64,000 nt of DNA from an uncultured Saprospiraceae bacterium (GCA_937930025.1 CALGJW010000242.1:842-64841); one strand, 5' to 3'; shown: positions 28,201 to 36,179, counted from the first letter of the stretch. Made by a program: numbers and translations. The notes: generated from the letters alone by a model not told the origin.

Positions 28201-28632
28201 AACGGATTAGATAACCCGACCAGCCCTGACCCTTTGGCTAATCCTTCTGAAACCACATTATATCAGGTTACCGGATTCGACAACTTCGGCTGTTCAGACA
28301 ATGCCAGTGTTTTAGTCATCGTCAATGGGTTGCAGGATATTTTCATTCCCACCCTTTTCACCCCCAATAATGATAGTCGCAATGAGCTCTTTAAAATATA
28401 CGGATCTTCACTACCGGTTTCTTTGAGCTTAGAAGTCTTTAATCGATCAGGACAAAGGGTTTTTATGTCCGACAGTGTTGAACGAATTTCATCCAGAGGT
28501 TGGGACGGTTATTATAAAGGACAAGCACAACCAGTGGGCGTTTATTATTGGAAGGCAACGGGTACCAATTCAGATGGATCAGCTTTTTCTTATAAAGGGA
28601 AAAACAAGGGATCGATCCATTTATTAAGATAA
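25219..28632 (+). CDS. FG-GAP/VCBS-repeat surface protein with T9SS type-B (gliding motility-associated) C-terminal domain
   Basis: Signal peptide. Repeated DLNNDGK.D-type motifs (DLNNDGKLD, DLNNDNLMD, DLNNDGQKE, DYNADGLAD, DLNHDGLVD). Three 148-aa repeats. C-terminus IFIPTLFTPNNDSRNELFKIYG...LEVFNRSGQRVF...GWDGYYKGQAQPVGVYYWKA is typical of type-B CTDs. Confidence 0.8.
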   Translation: MFNQLIYKRLRSLGLLLILSLGMNAQTFELKQSLDFLGIQNPVAHIVDLNNDGKLDAFIRGEDNSGQLQYLILARTIGTDSTQSEVFNVFPTTVTMGSNGVFTFSDLNNDNLMDLVISGKDTNGTIKNEIHLGSADFSFQTPLTLPSFEAENIAVADLNNDGQKEIVWQGLDNAGIVALQILSTNDGINYQAENLSLPALSQGDLVLFDFDKNNYVDLLYQGLDATGTATSLYLNNAKDFNFEQTPSGIAGLSNGNIKVADYNADGLADVLVHGVTTAGQPTSEVYLNNATNFDLAPLTLSGIGKGHAQFADLNHDGLVDISLQGAEAGGGLVNLTFLQNAGGTVDLVPNLIPNGSELSQLFGDFYFDGNLDVLQMKKVSGNWVFEFLQNTGLEKNIGPIGPAQRFAIQTFDDVKVFWSGTLDDKTPSPSISHDIYIGTASRTSNSLSPSFDLEGRRRVLVGHGNQSLNSELNIFDLAPDIYYYGIQGVDNSLHATSADTGTIDNFIEDTFVVCDDLTTENLLLCLGGDITLSNGGNLSAWYSTAQGLLGLGINLPYTPTGPDTIFYSTPGSLDCADQGAIIVGITLPAALVPLQDFIGCEVDFSGLNYQGAYDSLLWTSMNTGQTFTDNPVQTVPALMDVFFLEIYQCGLTFYDTMSIEIFPTMDITVNPDNAEIFLGGSVQLNAAGAQNYLWTPGGSLDQNDIANPIASPNQTTTYQITGTDINGCDAFGSTTVTVYDFQNLPNLNPCLGEEVSIFFPHNFDAIQWTIGTGNSTFTNPLTFTADSSTTVYLEVAIGNLIWFDTILVSPQQFEITVAADTLEIFAGDSVQLEAFGSTNYNWTPAQGLSATNISNPIAQPDQTTLYTVTGENSSMCVDSATVLVIVYNFQNIPDTTVCLDAELTLFFTGAFDELLWTIDGTNISSDENGFTFIPINEGDIFLEVIVGDLIWYDTFTVSIIDLNISVAEDTLTIFGNESVQLLATGANSYLWSPSNGLDNPTSPDPLANPSETTLYQVTGFDNFGCSDNASVLVIVNGLQDIFIPTLFTPNNDSRNELFKIYGSSLPVSLSLEVFNRSGQRVFMSDSVERISSRGWDGYYKGQAQPVGVYYWKATGTNSDGSAFSYKGKNKGSIHLLR
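27211..28330 (+). repeat. Intragenic tandem repeat, about 2.5 units of 444-447 bp (148 aa) inside the FG-GAP cargo gene
   Basis: Unit starts at 27211 (MDITVNPDNAEIFLGGSVQLNAAGAQNYLWTP), 27658 (EITVAADTLEIFAGDSVQLEAFGSTNYNWTP) and 28105 (NISVAEDTLTIFGNESVQLLATGANSYLWSP). The units are diverged at the DNA level. Confidence 0.7.
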
Positions 28633-28662
28633 ACCAAAAGTTAACTAGAACAATAAATCAAA

Positions 28663-30282
28663 ATGAACAGGATTAATAGAAAAATAATACTGCATTTAAG
28701 TTGGAGTCTGTTGCTTTTAGGTACATCAGCAAAAGCTCAATACTTTAACTTTTCTCAATATAGTCAAACGCCACAACGCGTCAATCCGGCCCATGTCGCC
28801 GCTTCGGATTACGAACAAGCAAATTTAATTTATCGCAATCAAAATACTGCAGCTGATTTTGATATTAATAGCAGCAATATTTCTTATCAAAGACCATTTA
28901 GATTTAGCAAAAAACAAAGGCATTTTCTTGGCTTTGGTATCTCTGCATTGGATGACAGAACTGGCGGTTCTGCATTACTAAATAAACAAGATATCGGATT
29001 GACCACTGGTTTAAATATTAAATTAGATGAAACTCAAACCTTAAATTTTGGTGTTTCAGGAATGTTGAAAAGATTGAATTTTTCATTGGACGGATTGGAA
29101 ACTGGCTTTCAATATCAAAACTCCAATGGCTCTACTCTTAGTAGTTTTATCGGAGAAGACTTTGTCAGTGAATCAAAAACAACTATCGGTGTAAATGCCG
29201 GAGTATTATGGGAAAAAAAGGATAAGAACGGTCGTCAAATAGCACAATTTGGTTGGGCCATCTACGATCTAAATCAACCAGGGGAATTCTTAAAGGGAGG
29301 AAACAATTATATTCTCCCAAGATCCAATCTATTTCAATTGGGAATTCGCGCATTTAATAATGATAAACTTTCTGTATACCCTCAGCTACTTGTATTACTC
29401 TCAGGTAAAGTGCTAAATATTAATTCTGGTATTACATGGGAATACACTTTGCCTGAAGGGAAGAAATTTTCGAAACTAGTTTTACAAACCAATTACGTTG
29501 TGAGTAGTTATGGCAGTATTGGTTTCAGATTATCGGGAGAAAAATATAGTGCCGGCATGAGCTACGACCTAGGATTTGCCTCGACTCAAGTTGCAAATGC
29601 CGGAGCAATTGAAATTTCGTTTGCCTATCATAAACTGGTAAGGGAAAAAAGAAAACCTGCTACTATTATTGCTGAGGCTGAAGCCAAGGATTTACAAGAC
29701 ATTGACGAAGTAGTAATTCAGGAAGACACTGATCTGGATAATGTCGATACTTTGTCGGTCATTATGGACACCCTTGTAAATATAAAGGAAGAAGTTGTCG
29801 AAACTGAATTGGAAATTCCAGTTGTAAAAAATGATTCTGCGAATGCAGAAATGGATCAAGAATCATCTGATGTTACCATCCTTTCAGAATACAGTCCCGG
29901 TACTTCTGTTGGTGAATTAATATACAGCAATGTTCGAATGGAAAGATTAAATATCATTTGCGAATTTGATTTTAATAAATCTGAACTTAAACAAGAGGTC
30001 CAATCATACTTAAATGAATTGGGCGAAGAATTAAAAGGCCAAAATATCATTGCAATTGAAATCATAGGACATACTGATGCAGTAGGACCGGCAGATTATA
30101 ATATGAACTTGTCAACGGAACGTGCGCATTCAATAGCCGCATTTCTCGCGAAGCAAGGAATCCCTTGGGATAAGTTAAGTGTCACAGGGAAAGGAGAATC
30201 GCAACCGTTGCCAGGGGTAACCAACGACCGAGAAAATCGACGGGTAGAAGTATTGATTTTCTCTCAAAAAAATACTGAATAG
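28663..30282 (+). CDS. PorP/SprF-family T9SS outer-membrane protein fused to a C-terminal OmpA-like peptidoglycan-binding domain
   Basis: N-terminus AQYFNFSQYSQTPQRVNPAHVA...LIYRNQ...GFGISALDDRTGG follows the PorP/SprF pattern. An acidic linker follows. C-terminus FDFNKSELK...IIGHTDAVGPADYNMNLSTERAHSIAAFL...NRRVEVLIF is OmpA_C-like. Confidence 0.8.
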   Translation: MNRINRKIILHLSWSLLLLGTSAKAQYFNFSQYSQTPQRVNPAHVAASDYEQANLIYRNQNTAADFDINSSNISYQRPFRFSKKQRHFLGFGISALDDRTGGSALLNKQDIGLTTGLNIKLDETQTLNFGVSGMLKRLNFSLDGLETGFQYQNSNGSTLSSFIGEDFVSESKTTIGVNAGVLWEKKDKNGRQIAQFGWAIYDLNQPGEFLKGGNNYILPRSNLFQLGIRAFNNDKLSVYPQLLVLLSGKVLNINSGITWEYTLPEGKKFSKLVLQTNYVVSSYGSIGFRLSGEKYSAGMSYDLGFASTQVANAGAIEISFAYHKLVREKRKPATIIAEAEAKDLQDIDEVVIQEDTDLDNVDTLSVIMDTLVNIKEEVVETELEIPVVKNDSANAEMDQESSDVTILSEYSPGTSVGELIYSNVRMERLNIICEFDFNKSELKQEVQSYLNELGEELKGQNIIAIEIIGHTDAVGPADYNMNLSTERAHSIAAFLAKQGIPWDKLSVTGKGESQPLPGVTNDRENRRVEVLIFSQKNTE

Positions 30283-30419
30283 ACTTTAATGGAATGTAGA
30301 GAGATGGTGAGCTGAAGTGTATACTTCGGTTCACTTTTTTGTTTCAAAAATTATTTGCAGGAAAAAAATAAGGAACTTTTGCTTTCGTTTTATTCCATCT
30401 CTTTTCAGCCACCAAATAA

Positions 30420-30455
30420 AAAAGGGATTTTAGTTTTCACCAAAATCCCTTTTTT
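30420..30455. terminator. Bidirectional terminator hairpin between the porP-ompA fusion gene (+) and the nifU-like gene (-)
   Basis: AAAAGGGATTTT ... AAAATCCCTTTT form a perfect 12-bp stem with a 10-nt loop, and T/A runs lie on both sides. Confidence 0.55.
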
Positions 30456-30471
30456 ACTTAGTAGCAATAAA

Positions 30472-31086
30472 TTATTCTGCTTCTGCTACAACCTCCGTTA
30501 CTTCCGGAACCATCCTTTTCAACATCCCTTCGATTCCCGATTTCAAAGTAACAGTTGAACTAGGGCAACCTGAGCATGAGCCTTGTAGGATCACTGTAAC
30601 CACTCCTTTGTCAAAAGATTTGAACTCGATGTTACCACCATCCATCTCAACAGCTGGCTTCACATAGGTTTCGATTAGACCTTTGATTTTTGTAACGATT
30701 TCCGCATCTTCCTCAGAATATTGGTAGCCAGCTCCTCGCTCTGCTTCCATGGCTGCCATTGCTTCCGCGAATCCATCATTCAGAATTGCTTTGTCTTCCT
30801 CAATGTATTCTTTGATGAAAGATTTAAGCTTTAGCATAATATCTTCCCAAGAGTAATTAAATTCCTTGGTGATGGTCACGAAGTTAGTGCTGATATAGAC
30901 ACCTTTTACATAGGGCAGATCGAACAATGCCGCTCCTAGTGGTGACCATTCTCTAGCCAATTCTTCTTCGCGGAAATCCGCAGTACCCTTATAAAGCATA
31001 CGATTAGTAACAAACTTCAAACTTTCTGGATTTGGAGTTTGCTCAGTATATAACATCACCGGATTCTTAGTCGCCGTATTTTCCAT
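30472..31086 (-). CDS. NifU/Nfu-family Fe-S cluster assembly protein (Nfu_N + NifU C-terminal domain)
   Basis: LYTEQTPNPESLKFVTNRML is Nfu N-terminal domain-like. DGGNIEFKSFDKGVVTVILQGSCSGCPSSTVTLK carries the CxxC NifU motif. Confidence 0.85.
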   Translation of the reverse strand: MENTATKNPVMLYTEQTPNPESLKFVTNRMLYKGTADFREEELAREWSPLGAALFDLPYVKGVYISTNFVTITKEFNYSWEDIMLKLKSFIKEYIEEDKAILNDGFAEAMAAMEAERGAGYQYSEEDAEIVTKIKGLIETYVKPAVEMDGGNIEFKSFDKGVVTVILQGSCSGCPSSTVTLKSGIEGMLKRMVPEVTEVVAEAE

Positions 31087-31204
31087 TGTTCTTTTCTTTA
31101 TTGACTTACAAAGATAACACCTTTTTTGGTTAAAGGTTTTAAAGAAGGTCCCTGATGTTTAGGTTCCAGGACCCCAAGCTTCATCTAGCCTCTTGCTTTA
31201 TCAT

Positions 31205-31340
31205 ACTTCGCAATATTATCCTCCCAAGCTCCTTGTACCCAGAACCCAGTCCTATGACTTCGCAATCCTATCGTCCCCAGAACCAAGTGCCAAGTGCCTA
31301 GCACTCAGTCCCCTAAACTTCGCAATTCTATCGTCCCCAG
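31205..31340. repeat. Three direct copies of a 24-bp motif in the intergenic region upstream of the nifU-like gene
   Basis: ACTTCGCAATATTATCCTCCCAAG (31205-31228), ACTTCGCAATCCTATCGTCCCCAG (31257-31280) and ACTTCGCAATTCTATCGTCCCCAG (31317-31340). Copies 2 and 3 differ at one base. The spacings are 52 and 60 bp. Confidence 0.7.
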
Positions 31341-31363
31341 CGGCCAGAACCCAGCGCCCCCGC

Positions 31364-32089
31364 TCACCCGTACAACTCATACCTTACCTGACTCTTCTCA
31401 TATCCCATCTCCAAGATTAGTTTCTCCACCGCAGAATCCACCATCATTGACCAACCACAGAGATAGAATTTTCGATCAGCCTTTAATTCCTTGTAGTAAT
31501 GCCCATATACACGATGCACATATCCTTGCCATCCAGTCCAGTTCTCTTCTCTGCTCAAAACGATGGTATAGTTAAAATTAGGAATCTCCTTGGCCAAAGC
31601 ATTCAGTTCTTCGCGATATAAAATATTTTCTTTTGTTCGAGTTCCAAAGATCAGATGAATTCCTTTATGCGGAATCTTATCGGTAGCAATTTTCAATAGC
31701 ATGGAGCGGAATGGTGCCACCCCAGTTCCAGTGCAAACAAAGATCATCTCATGGTCGATTTCCTTTGGTAATACAAATCCACCTGAAGGTCCTTTAAACC
31801 TAATATCGGTTCCAACCTCCGCTTCTTCAAATAAGTAAGTTGTCGCAGCTCCCCCATCTAAGTTCACAATGCAAAACTCCAACACATTCAATCCATCGGG
31901 TGCATTGGCAATGGAATAAGATCTCCATCGCTTCAACCGCTTTTCATGAATAGGAAGATCCATTGTCACGAATTGCCCGGGTTCAAAATCGATTACTTCA
32001 TCGCTATCAATCTTCACCCAGAAGCGCTTGGTGGAGGGAGCTTCGTTTTCGATTTTTATTATTGTTGAATTGTACCAGGTCCAAGGCAT
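31364..32089 (-). CDS. Ferredoxin-NADP reductase-type FAD/NAD(P)-binding oxidoreductase
   Basis: RSYSIANAP (RxYS FAD motif), FVCTGTGVAPFRSM (NAD(P) motif), C-terminal YLCGWSMMV...VRYELYG. Confidence 0.8.
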   Translation of the reverse strand: MPWTWYNSTIIKIENEAPSTKRFWVKIDSDEVIDFEPGQFVTMDLPIHEKRLKRWRSYSIANAPDGLNVLEFCIVNLDGGAATTYLFEEAEVGTDIRFKGPSGGFVLPKEIDHEMIFVCTGTGVAPFRSMLLKIATDKIPHKGIHLIFGTRTKENILYREELNALAKEIPNFNYTIVLSREENWTGWQGYVHRVYGHYYKELKADRKFYLCGWSMMVDSAVEKLILEMGYEKSQVRYELYG

Positions 32090-32160
32090 GATAATTGATA
32101 ATTAGTAGTTGATAATTGATAATGTATTTTTAGCTGTGCTAAAAATAATATGTGGAGGTC

Positions 32161-32523
32161 TTATTTCCTCTTTAGTTTGGATTTACTGGTTTTAATTATT
32201 GCAGTTAGCAATTTTATCAATTCAGTAATATCTTGTTTAATAGGGTTAAAAGTCTCTACATCTATTATTCCCGACTTAAATAACAACTCAATCCAATAAT
32301 CTGTTTCGTTAGCCTCCTTAAGCGCGATAGAAAGTTTATTTATAAAATCGGCAGTACTTTGCGCGTGTTCACTTTCTCTAATATTTGCGCCAATTGATGT
32401 TCCACTTTTCATCAACTGCCGACCCAAAACATATTCCTTTTTGTCTTTGATCAACTCGTTACACAATTTTACAATCTTCAACGCAAAATTGAAAGATTTA
32501 TCCTTTACAACATTTTCTTTCAT
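32161..32523 (-). CDS. Four-helix-bundle protein (23S rRNA intervening-sequence protein / Avd-like family)
   Basis: 120 aa. FALKIVKLCNEL...LGRQLMKSGTSIGANIRESEHAQSTADFINKLSIALKEANETDYWIELL is the characteristic pattern of this family. Confidence 0.85.
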   Translation of the reverse strand: MKENVVKDKSFNFALKIVKLCNELIKDKKEYVLGRQLMKSGTSIGANIRESEHAQSTADFINKLSIALKEANETDYWIELLFKSGIIDVETFNPIKQDITELIKLLTAIIKTSKSKLKRK

Positions 32524-32654
32524 AAAAAATAGTTAAAGAAATTCAACAACTAAAAAGTTTGTAAAACTTGATAAGATTACAAAAAAAATCAATGGATGTT
32601 CGAAATTATTAATTTTCAAAACAAATTCGATCGCCGATATTCGATAATTATCAA

Positions 32655-33614
32655 TTATCCATTTTCAATTACCAATTCGCCAAACCCATAAACATCCACA
32701 AGTCCCAAGTCCATACAATACTCCTTCACCTTCTCAATCTTCCAAGGACTTGCAATCAAACAAAAGTCTCCTCCCCAAGCTCCGAGCGATTTCACAGCCC
32801 CAGGAATTCCCTTGAAAATATTTTCTTGTAAAGGTTCTTTTTCGATGTAGTCACCGGTGAGTCGTTCGAGTTCTTGTATGCAGGAACAGAAAGTAGCGAG
32901 GTCTGCGGCTTTGGCCAACATTAAACTGAGTTGGCTGATTTGACGTAGTAAGCCAATGTCCACTTTTCCTTTCGACCGATAGGTTTCTATCCCTTGTCGG
33001 CTATCTTGTTTTTTTCCCAACCATACTAAAAACAAATTATCGATAAATGCCGGGTTGAAAATATGTGGAATTATAGTTGGTTGTTCCGTAGCATTTTCTG
33101 TAATATTTTTTTGAAAAAACAATGCGGACTTACTTTGGGCGCAAGCGAGATCATAGCCGGATCCTCCAAAAGTTTTTTGGGCTAAATCATACGGATTTAT
33201 TTTTGCCCACGCGGCGAGATTTGCTAGCAGGGTTGAGCTGGTTCCTAGCCCCCAGTTGCGATCAAATTCTAATTTTGTGGTAATCGCCAAAGGTTGTTGA
33301 AAAAGTACGGGCTTTTTTTCTTGAATATATTTAAGAATTATTTGTAGCCGAGTTGCGACATCTTGATCATTGGTATTAATAACGCTTAAGTCTTTTAATG
33401 CGAACTGCGCTTCAAACCAAACTTGATCTTTATGTTCAAAACTTTTCCAATGAATGGAAAAATTTTTTGAGATTGCCTTTTTTATATTTAAGAATTGTCC
33501 TTTTTGAGTTGGGATGGCAAAGGCTAAAGCTCCATCTAGCACAAAATATTCTCCTGCCAATAATAATTTTCCATGGGCGAAGAATTCGCCTTCGATGCTT
33601 GGGTTATTTTCCAA
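32655..33614 (-). CDS. GYDIA-family GHMP kinase (mevalonate-pathway kinase candidate)
   Basis: GKLLLAGEYFVLDGALAF at the N-terminus, GLGTSSTLLANL (GHMP ATP motif), GSGYDLA (GYDIA-type motif). TTG start overlapping the HMG-CoA reductase stop by 11 nt. Confidence 0.75.
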   Translation of the reverse strand: MENNPSIEGEFFAHGKLLLAGEYFVLDGALAFAIPTQKGQFLNIKKAISKNFSIHWKSFEHKDQVWFEAQFALKDLSVINTNDQDVATRLQIILKYIQEKKPVLFQQPLAITTKLEFDRNWGLGTSSTLLANLAAWAKINPYDLAQKTFGGSGYDLACAQSKSALFFQKNITENATEQPTIIPHIFNPAFIDNLFLVWLGKKQDSRQGIETYRSKGKVDIGLLRQISQLSLMLAKAADLATFCSCIQELERLTGDYIEKEPLQENIFKGIPGAVKSLGAWGGDFCLIASPWKIEKVKEYCMDLGLVDVYGFGELVIENG

Positions 33615-34962
33615 TGATGCGTTCTATGGTATTTTTTTGATTTCTGTAATCTTCGATAAATTCTCTTACTCCTGTGAAACTTACGACTTCCGTTTCAAAA
33701 TGTTTTTCTGCCGCTTTGCATTCATCTTCGTTAGCACCAACATGATTTAATATATTCATTAAATGCATTTTCATGTGGCCATGCTGAATGCCTGTGGTTA
33801 CCAGAGATCGAATGGCGGCAAAGTTTTGAGCTAAGCCTGTCGCTGCAATGATACTCATCAACTCCTCTGCACTGGGGTTACCTAATAATTCCAATGATCT
33901 CTTTGCAATGGGATGCAAGCTTGTTAATCCCCCAATCGTACCGACCGCTAATGGGAGATCTAGCCAAAATCTAAAGTTTCCATCTTTTAATTCACAATGG
34001 CTTAAACTCGAATATTGTCCGTCGCGTGATGCGTAGGCATGACCGCAAGCTTCTATTGCTCTGAAATCATTTCCGGTAGCCAAGACCACCGAATCAACTC
34101 CATTGAAAATACCCTTGTTGTGTGTGGTTGCTCTGGCTGGATCTATTTCCGCAATGCGTATAGCTTTGCTAAATTTTTTGGCGAAGGTATCCGCATCCAT
34201 TCCATCTGCAAAATTCCCCAAATCTTTTACTGGGCACTGAACCCAAGTGCGCACAATACAATCAGGCGTATAATTCGACAAAATCGCCATGATGATTTCG
34301 CAAGCTTTTTCCAACTCAGAAAAATGTTCTTGAACTTTAAAAAAGGCTATTAGTATTCTACCAAACTCTTCCAGAATTGAGTTGATAAAATTGGCTCCCA
34401 TCGAATCACAAGTTTCAAAGGACGCTTTAAGCTGATAGTAATTATCTATCTGGTCGGTCATATCCAATAATTCAATATCAGTTATTCCGCCTCCTCTTTT
34501 TTCCATTCTACTTGTCAGGTGTTGAACATCTTTGATCAACCGCTCTTTGAGTTTAGGAAAAAGTTTTTTAAGGTCTTTGGGATCTCCGTACCAATTGAAA
34601 TGAACTTGGCCAATTTTCGTTGTTCCCAAAATTTCAGTTTTAAACCCTCCTCGAGTCATCCAAAATTTGGCCCCTGCAGATGCTGCGGCGACAACAGAAC
34701 TTTCTTCGATCACCATTGGAACCACATAGGTTCGACCGTTGATAATCATATTCGGTGCTACCCCATATGGTAACATGAAATTTGAAATCGTATTTTCACT
34801 AAAACCGTCTATTACTTTTTGCTGATCTGCCTCTACCCAATAACTTTTCAATTCACGCATAACGGCATCTGGCTGCTTGAAGAAGGTCTCCACCAACCAT
34901 TTCATTTTACCTCTTTTCGAGAGTTTAGAAAAACCACTTATTGACTTGTCATCGTTTTTCAT
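33604..34962 (-). CDS. Hydroxymethylglutaryl-CoA reductase, class II
   Basis: ENTISNFMLPYGVAPN, VIEESSVVAAASAGAKFW, CDSMGANFIN, AVGTIGGLT. ATG at 34962 is preferred over the TTG at 34971. Confidence 0.9.
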   Translation of the reverse strand: MKNDDKSISGFSKLSKRGKMKWLVETFFKQPDAVMRELKSYWVEADQQKVIDGFSENTISNFMLPYGVAPNMIINGRTYVVPMVIEESSVVAAASAGAKFWMTRGGFKTEILGTTKIGQVHFNWYGDPKDLKKLFPKLKERLIKDVQHLTSRMEKRGGGITDIELLDMTDQIDNYYQLKASFETCDSMGANFINSILEEFGRILIAFFKVQEHFSELEKACEIIMAILSNYTPDCIVRTWVQCPVKDLGNFADGMDADTFAKKFSKAIRIAEIDPARATTHNKGIFNGVDSVVLATGNDFRAIEACGHAYASRDGQYSSLSHCELKDGNFRFWLDLPLAVGTIGGLTSLHPIAKRSLELLGNPSAEELMSIIAATGLAQNFAAIRSLVTTGIQHGHMKMHLMNILNHVGANEDECKAAEKHFETEVVSFTGVREFIEDYRNQKNTIERIIGK

Positions 34963-34971
34963 CTCAACCAA

Positions 34972-36030
34972 TTATTTCACAGTTAAATAAGCGTTAGCTA
35001 AAGATAGCCCTTCCAATTGAGCAGCAACATATTCCTGCAATTCGGCATAACTTCCTCGAGCATGTTTTAAGAATCCTGAGGCCTGCCCATAAACGGCTTT
35101 ACTATTCAATTTATTAATTAGGTAATAGCCATCTAAAAAGGACTTAATTCCACCTGAAATTATGAATTCCTTACACTTTACCTTTTCACCAAGTGTTACT
35201 GAAAGGTCATTCACAAACGTTACCATTTCTTCTGCTGTATGTCCTTGTCTAGTAAGCGGTAAATAATGATTCTTTCGATTGTCTTCAGCACGCAAGAGTT
35301 CCAATAGGGCAAAGTTGGTTCCACCTGAGGCCGCAAAATCAATAGCAGCCAAAGGTAATTGCATTAAGGCGGCTAAACTTTTCGGCCCAAATCCTTGTCC
35401 AACCTCTTTTACTATTATGGGAAAATCAAAGGCAGCACAACATTGCTGAATGACTGCTAATGGACTACGTTTGAATTGGTCTCCTTCGGGCTGCAGCCAT
35501 TCTTGAAAAGGATTTACATGAATAATCAATCCATCAGCTTGTAGCTTGTCTACCAAAGCAATGGCCAAATCCAAGGCATCCTTTTCAAAAAGTTCTTCAA
35601 CTTGCGCGACACCAAGATTTGCGAAGAAAGGGGAAGATGTTCCTATAGCGTTACGAAGATCAAAGTCCTTCATTCGCTCATCACTATACAGTAATCCTCG
35701 GCAAGAACCAAGTCCCATTCCTAAGCCAAACTCTTTACAAGCTTTTGCCAGGTTATGATTAATAACATAAGCTTCTTGAGTTCCTCCAGTCATAGAAGAA
35801 ATCCAAAGAGGAGCATTCATTTTTTTTCCTAAGAATGGAATGGTAGGAAGAACATTGGTTTCTGGATGGCCTGATAACATTGGTTCATAATAGAATCTAT
35901 TGTCCAATTGACCCTTATTCACCTGAGAATTAAAGGCCATTTCAATATGATCCTTCTTTCTAGATGATGCCACGACATCCATTTCCGCCTTCAGTATAGG
36001 AGGATTTCTATCCTCAAATGTCTTATCCAT
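34972..36030 (-). CDS. fni: Type 2 (FMN-dependent) isopentenyl-diphosphate delta-isomerase
   Basis: SRKKDHIEMAF, ISSMTGGT, IIVKEVGQGFG, FAASGGTNFA. ATG at 36030 is preferred over the upstream TTG at 36045. The stop abuts the HMG-CoA reductase gene. Confidence 0.85.
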   Translation of the reverse strand: MDKTFEDRNPPILKAEMDVVASSRKKDHIEMAFNSQVNKGQLDNRFYYEPMLSGHPETNVLPTIPFLGKKMNAPLWISSMTGGTQEAYVINHNLAKACKEFGLGMGLGSCRGLLYSDERMKDFDLRNAIGTSSPFFANLGVAQVEELFEKDALDLAIALVDKLQADGLIIHVNPFQEWLQPEGDQFKRSPLAVIQQCCAAFDFPIIVKEVGQGFGPKSLAALMQLPLAAIDFAASGGTNFALLELLRAEDNRKNHYLPLTRQGHTAEEMVTFVNDLSVTLGEKVKCKEFIISGGIKSFLDGYYLINKLNSKAVYGQASGFLKHARGSYAELQEYVAAQLEGLSLANAYLTVK

Positions 36031-36144
36031 GTGTTTCGATTCCAAAACTAAGCTTAAAGGTATGATTTAAAGATGGTTTGGAATAAAACAGGAAAGTAGA
36101 GATTGGGTTTAATTTAAAATAGAAATCTGAAATCTAGCTATGAA

Positions 36145-36179
36145 AAAAGGCGGAAAAGAATTGATCTTTACCGCCTTTT
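36145..36179 (-). terminator. Intrinsic terminator downstream of bamA
   Basis: AAAAGGCGGAAAAGA-ATTGA-TCTTTACCGCCTTTT forms a 15-bp stem with one mismatch. On the minus strand it is followed by TTTTTT. Confidence 0.65.

Noticed and set aside
31193-31575. Track ORFs 31193..31420 and 31294..31575
   Set aside because: They are Pro/Ser-rich translations of the C-rich repeat spacer and the antisense strand of the FNR gene.
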